In this document: positions 62,963 to 64,000 of the stretch, piece after piece
How positions within the stretch are numbered: the stretch's first letter is position 1
Layout: each line of letters starts with the position of its first letter
Program-made: the position numbers and the translations under genes
Assembly: GCF_006345805.1 (NCBI RefSeq)
Contig: NC_042997.1
Coordinates: forward strand, 192,014,001 to 192,078,000
DNA length: 64,000 nucleotides
Direction of reading: 5' to 3'
From: Octopus sinensis
Taxonomy: Eukaryota
Notes under the pieces: generated by a model
Told to the model about the DNA's origin: nothing
What the model saw: only the letters and a program-made list of their open reading frames with translations
Database searches by the model: none

Positions 62963-64000
62963 TAAAGACAAAAGTTTCCCATTCATCATGATTGACCAGT
63001 TTTCCTGTGGAGGTATTTCTTGAAATAACTGACCAATTTAACAGTAATTAGAAAGATCTTTGTCAAGTTCTTCAGGTCTAAATAGATGGCTTATTAGTTC
63101 AGTTTCAGGATCATTCCACAATTATAGATATGATTTTTATTTATGATTTTTAACTTTGTATATTTTGAAAAATGCATTTGGAGTTGTGCATTTCCTAATT
63201 ACAACTGCGAGAAAATGTTTTCTACTATAGCTGTGGATAACTCAAAGCATTTAAGTGGATCTGTTGGATTGAACTAAAAGTAAGCCCGTTGTGTGTGTGT
63301 GTGTATATGTTTAGGTCTCTTTCATCTTGACATTGTACAAAAGCTGTAAACAAGTGCTCGTCATACAAGCAGTGTCTATTTCCAGTCTGCTATGAAAACA
63401 TGTCTGGCCATGGGAAACATCTTGTGAACTGGTGAGGATTAGTGACTGGAAGGGCATCTGGCCATAGAAAATCCTTTTCAACAAATTCCGTTTGACCCAT
63501 GCAAACATGAAAAAGTGGATGTTATGGTGATGATGATCACAGTTGAAATGATGAAAAAAAATTAGAAGCACAAGCACCAGATATGTTACAGTTAGGCCGT
63601 GGTCTTAATAATAGCTTTATGAACTGCAGGAAAAGAACATTTATTTGTTGTTCCTGCATTTGACGTTGACGACTTTGGTGGATCTGATGTCATTTGAATA
63701 AAAACCGACCAAGTATAGCAGTTTTAGCCTAGATTTGTGCTATGTCAACAAGAAAATTAGTAAAATTAATATTACAATGAAGAAATAATTTGCCAAAAAT
63801 GAAACAACGCAAAGCTGGAAAATATTTCAACAAATATAGATATCATCATCAGACACAGTCCCAGAAATTTTTTGAAGGGAGGACACAAAGCCAGAAGGAA
63901 ATACAATTCCAGGAGAAAAGGGTGTAATAACATTATTTAGAAAGGGGTACATCTTTTCTTGAGGGGGGCATGTGCCCCTCAGGCACCCTTTTGGATCTGC

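Overview
Eukaryotic, AT-rich, repeat-dense DNA. The repeat families (tRNA-headed SINEs with internal (TA)n/(TG)n, RTE-LINE 3' ends with (GAT)n tails) look like an Octopus or other coleoid genome; this is recognition from memory, not a search. One host gene is supported: a TEX10/Ipi1 (rixosome, pre-60S) orthologue on the minus strand. I reconstructed it by hand as 13 GT-AG coding exons from 45013 to 4713, with a consistent phase chain (0,2,1,0,0,1,2,1,2,1,0,0) and about 863 aa. The rest is intronic or intergenic transposon debris: decayed RTE and CR1 LINE pieces, several SINE families, piggyBac-, hAT-, mariner- and Merlin/MULE-type MITEs, a Tc1-like relic with DD36E spacing, a Merlin (IS1595-like) transposase relic, Helitron-like elements, microsatellites and two microsatellite-bounded tandem duplications. 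I found no unambiguous new biological system. The most unusual signals are a composite two-MITE piggyBac-type unit carrying an identical 23-bp spacer at two sites 32 kb apart, a SINE flanked by a 103-bp direct repeat, the DD36E element, and several long fold-back hairpins in TEX10 introns. Exon, TIR and TSD coordinates were counted by hand; SINE/LINE fragment ends are approximate.
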